The notes under the pieces are model-generated. The model searched no databases. It was not told the origin of the DNA and saw only the letters and a list, made by a program, of their open reading frames with translations. From an uncultured Pseudobdellovibrionaceae bacterium (GTDB lineage Bacteria; Bdellovibrionota; Bdellovibrionia; Bdellovibrionales; UBA1609), in assembly GCA_963803705.1 (NCBI GenBank), contig CAWDNU010000001.1, forward strand, positions 288,001 to 352,000: a stretch of DNA of 64,000 nt, read 5' to 3'. The first letter of the stretch is position 1; every line of letters begins with the position of its first letter. This document shows positions 60,786 to 64,000 of the stretch, one piece after another. Position numbers and translations under genes: made by a program.

Positions 60786-62336
60786 TTATTTCGCTATGGT
60801 GCGCTTTTCAAGCGAGTATTTTTCGACTTTCATAATAAGGCCCGCACGGCTGATCCCAAGTTCTTTGGCCAGTCTGGATTTGTTCCATCCTGTGCGTCTT
60901 AAGCCCTCTTTAATCATTTGGCGTTCAAGCTCTTCTAGCGCATCCTTAAGTTTGCCGGAAACCCTAGTACCTTGGACCTTGTTGCCTTCTGTGGCGTCAG
61001 AAATTTTCGGAGAAAGCATGTCAGCGGTGATTTTTGATTCATTAGCGCTTAATACCAAAATTCGTTGCATTTCATTTTGCAATTCACGCACATTTCCCGG
61101 CCACGGATAGTCGTACAATTTTTCGAGTGCTCTTTTAGTTATGATTTTTTTATTGCTATCATTTGCTTCTTTATTCAGAAATGCTTCTGCAAGTAATGGA
61201 ATATCTTCTTTCCTATCTTTTAGCGAAGGCACGGTCAAATTTATAACATTTAGTCTGTAGTACAGGTCTTCCCTGAATTCGCTTTTGTCGACCATTTGTT
61301 TAAGATTTCTATTTGTCGCAGCAATAATTCTAACGTCAACTTTTCTGGTTTCAGTCGACCCTACCGGGGTAAATGTGCCTTCTTGAAGAACACGAAGCAA
61401 TTTAACTTGCATTTGTGCGGAAGTATCACCAATCTCATCTAGGAAAAAAGTTCCACGATGGGCAGTTTCGAAAAGACCTTTTTTATCTTTTATGGCACCC
61501 GTAAATGAACCTTTGACGTGTCCGAATAACTCGCTCTCTAACAAATTGTCATTAATCGCAGAGCAGTTGTGAATTACAAAAGCTTTATCCTTTCTTGGAG
61601 AATTGTAGTGTATAGATTTTGCTATCAGCTCTTTTCCTGTACCATTGTCCCCTTGAACTAAAATAGTGGTTTCCGAATGTTTTATCTTATCAAGTAGGCC
61701 GTACACGTTTTGCATGGCTTTAGATTTACCAATCATATTGTCATATTTAAACCTACTACCGAGCTCTTTGTTCAACTCTTTAATTCGGTCTTCTCTGGTA
61801 GTAATTTCTAAGTGCAAAGTGATTACTTCTTGGCTGACCAATTCCATAAGGTCTACGAAATGCTCTCTGTCTTGTTCATGCACAACGTTAATTTTTGACA
61901 CTGAGTCTTCAATTTCACTGGGGCTCATTCCAAAGACAGCCAATCGCTCTTTAATATCAGCAAGTCTATTCGTTTCAGAATTATCTTTCATAAATCCAAT
62001 AGCAACAACACTGCCCATGAAGTCGTTTTCAATTATAATAGGAAAAACCGCGACATCATATCCAATAGCGTCCCACTTTTTTAAAGTAAAACGGTTGTCT
62101 GTAAGCTTCAGGTCTTGGATCGACTTGTTAACGCACTCGCTTAGACTTTCTATAATATTATCTTTTTTAAACAGGACTGAAGTCGAAGGATTAAAAAAAG
62201 TACCACCATTGATTGAGCTTAACTTCGGCTTTCCACGATCGTCTGTGAAAATAACATCAATATTCCACCAAGAACCAACAATCTGTTTTAGCTTTCTAAT
62301 TACATGAATGTGTTCAAACTCATCCCAATTGATCAT
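60786..62336 (-). CDS. Sigma54-dependent Fis-family activator with N-terminal PocR-like sensor domain
   Basis: GDNGTGKE, ESELFGHVKGSFTGA, FLDEIG, FREDLYYRL, WPGNVREL, C-terminal HTH; AAGGAG RBS before ATG 62336. Confidence 0.92.
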   Translation of the reverse strand: MINWDEFEHIHVIRKLKQIVGSWWNIDVIFTDDRGKPKLSSINGGTFFNPSTSVLFKKDNIIESLSECVNKSIQDLKLTDNRFTLKKWDAIGYDVAVFPIIIENDFMGSVVAIGFMKDNSETNRLADIKERLAVFGMSPSEIEDSVSKINVVHEQDREHFVDLMELVSQEVITLHLEITTREDRIKELNKELGSRFKYDNMIGKSKAMQNVYGLLDKIKHSETTILVQGDNGTGKELIAKSIHYNSPRKDKAFVIHNCSAINDNLLESELFGHVKGSFTGAIKDKKGLFETAHRGTFFLDEIGDTSAQMQVKLLRVLQEGTFTPVGSTETRKVDVRIIAATNRNLKQMVDKSEFREDLYYRLNVINLTVPSLKDRKEDIPLLAEAFLNKEANDSNKKIITKRALEKLYDYPWPGNVRELQNEMQRILVLSANESKITADMLSPKISDATEGNKVQGTRVSGKLKDALEELERQMIKEGLRRTGWNKSRLAKELGISRAGLIMKVEKYSLEKRTIAK

Positions 62337-62515
62337 TACCTTTTTCTCCTTATTAAATCCTAGCTTTGTTGTGCAGCTTGAAACAAATCCAGTTTCAAGA
62401 TTCACAGTTCTAGCAAAAGCGCTAAATCTGACAAATTAATGTACACAGTTTCTTATCGACTAATTTTTTGACAGCTAAAGTGCATAATGGCAGTTAAAGC
62501 CTGTGGGAGTTAAAA

Positions 62516-64000
62516 CTAGACTGTATTGGGGTTCATATAATCGTTTAAATATTTGCCAGTGTGGGATTTTTGCTTGGTAAGCTTAGTGGGCGTACCACTA
62601 AATAAGACTTGTCCGCCGCCTTCGCCGGCTTCGGGACCAATGTCTATGACGTAGTCAGAGTTTTTAACGATCTCTAAATTATGTTCGATAAGTAAAACGG
62701 TAGATCCGCCATCAACAAGCTTATGTAAAACTTTAAGCAGCATCTCGATCTCGCGAAAATGCAGCCCGGTAGTGGGTTCATCCAAAATGTAAAGTGCATT
62801 TTTAAACTCATGAGATAAGAATTGTTTCGAAAGCTTTAGTCTTTGATTTTCCCCGCCACTTAAAGTTGACAATGACTGCCCAATTTTTAGATGTTCTAGG
62901 CCAACTTCTTTCAGCACGCCTAGTGCCTTTCTAATGTTGGGATATGCTACATAAAATTTAAAAGCCTCTTCAACTGTCATTTCTAGAACATCGTGGATGT
63001 TCTTACCATTAAAAGTTACTCGTAAAACATTATCCCTAAAACGCTTACCTTTGCAGTCTTCACATAGCACTAAGATATCATCCATAAATATCATATCTAC
63101 CGATTCGTACCCTATTCCTCGACAGGTCGGGCAACGTCCTCCGTCTACGTTTAAACTAAAAGTTCCTGGTGAAAAACCAAAAAACTTAGATTCGCGGGTG
63201 GTGGCAAATAGATTTCTTATAACGTCGTAAATTTTTAAGTACGTGGCGGGACTAGATCTTAAAGTTTTTCCTGCAGGCGACTGATCCATTAGAATTATAT
63301 TTTTAAGGCTCTCATAACCTTTTATGGATTTATAATGTAAAGGTGGTTCGGCTGATATATTTAAATTGTAAGCCACTGCTGGATACAAAGTTTGAGTAAT
63401 TAGACTAGACTTTCCAGATCCGCTGACCCCTGTAACAGTAGTGAACTTTTTAAGCGGAATTTTTACATCTACGTTTTTAAGGTTGTGTCCAGACGCTCCT
63501 ATTATTTCGATCACATCACTTTCATTATCTAGCTCGCGGACATCCCTAGGCGGTATCCAGGTGGCAAGTGTGCGAAGATAGTTTGCAGTTAGACTATCAG
63601 ATTTTAGAAAATTTTTGGTTTCATCGTCATAAACAATTTCACCACCTTTATAGCCTGAACCAGGACCAAGCTCTAAGATGCGTTCACTACTTTTTATAAC
63701 GTCGTGGTCATGCTCTACAACAACTAAAGTGTTTCCAAGCTCGTGAAGATCTTTTAGAATCTCTATAAGCTTGTCGTTGTCTCTGGGATGTAGACCAATA
63801 GTTGGTTCGTCTAAAACAAAAAGCGTTTGAGAAAGACCCATTCCAAGCTGGTGGGCAAGATTCATGCGTTGAAACTCGCCACCAGAAAGTGTTCTTGTAA
63901 GGCGGTTCAGTGATAAATATCCTAGGCCCACTTTATTTAAATATTTTAATCTGTAACTTATCTGATCTAAAACTTCCCTGCAAAGAGTCGCTTCATAGTC
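62516..64000 (-). CDS. uvrA: Excinuclease ABC subunit UvrA family (5' end beyond window)
   Basis: TLSGGE twice, LDEPT.GLH, GVSGSGKSSL, GGRCPTC; frame stays open to the window edge. Confidence 0.92.
   Translation of the reverse strand, partial: DYEATLCREVLDQISYRLKYLNKVGLGYLSLNRLTRTLSGGEFQRMNLAHQLGMGLSQTLFVLDEPTIGLHPRDNDKLIEILKDLHELGNTLVVVEHDHDVIKSSERILELGPGSGYKGGEIVYDDETKNFLKSDSLTANYLRTLATWIPPRDVRELDNESDVIEIIGASGHNLKNVDVKIPLKKFTTVTGVSGSGKSSLITQTLYPAVAYNLNISAEPPLHYKSIKGYESLKNIILMDQSPAGKTLRSSPATYLKIYDVIRNLFATTRESKFFGFSPGTFSLNVDGGRCPTCRGIGYESVDMIFMDDILVLCEDCKGKRFRDNVLRVTFNGKNIHDVLEMTVEEAFKFYVAYPNIRKALGVLKEVGLEHLKIGQSLSTLSGGENQRLKLSKQFLSHEFKNALYILDEPTTGLHFREIEMLLKVLHKLVDGGSTVLLIEHNLEIVKNSDYVIDIGPEAGEGGGQVLFSGTPTKLTKQKSHTGKYLNDYMNPNTV

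Overview
AT-rich bacterial chromosome segment that looks like a predatory Bdellovibrionota genome (inferred from gene content). Housekeeping blocks: pilT (partial), rng, rplU-rpmA-obgE-nadD/rsfS-rlmH-comF-like, lolA, hpt/bamD, a partial arginine-succinyltransferase-type cluster with mltG, rpsB-tsf-pyrH-frr-uppS-cdsA-rseP-tsaB-ATPase-DnaJ/HTH-rluD-pgeF, priA, peptidoglycan recycling genes (nagZ, oligopeptide permeases, anmK, amgK-murU), a sigma54 activator and uvrA (partial). Accessory content: an Agl-Glt-type (gliding-motor-like) envelope cluster with atypical stator residues, transcribed divergently from a vWA-like lipoprotein across a dual sigma54 promoter/enhancer region; an orphan Tad-like protein; a pair of Cys/Gly-rich secreted proteins; a degenerate enhancer-binding-protein-like gene; a 44-aa very basic ORF missing from the ORF track; and four intergenic palindromic elements in two apparent families. 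Many single-base frameshifts at 31.5-39.2 kb (and 11.5-12.2 kb) hit essential genes and are most likely sequencing errors. No rRNA, tRNA, CRISPR array or transposase was seen. All product calls come from motif recognition, not database searches.
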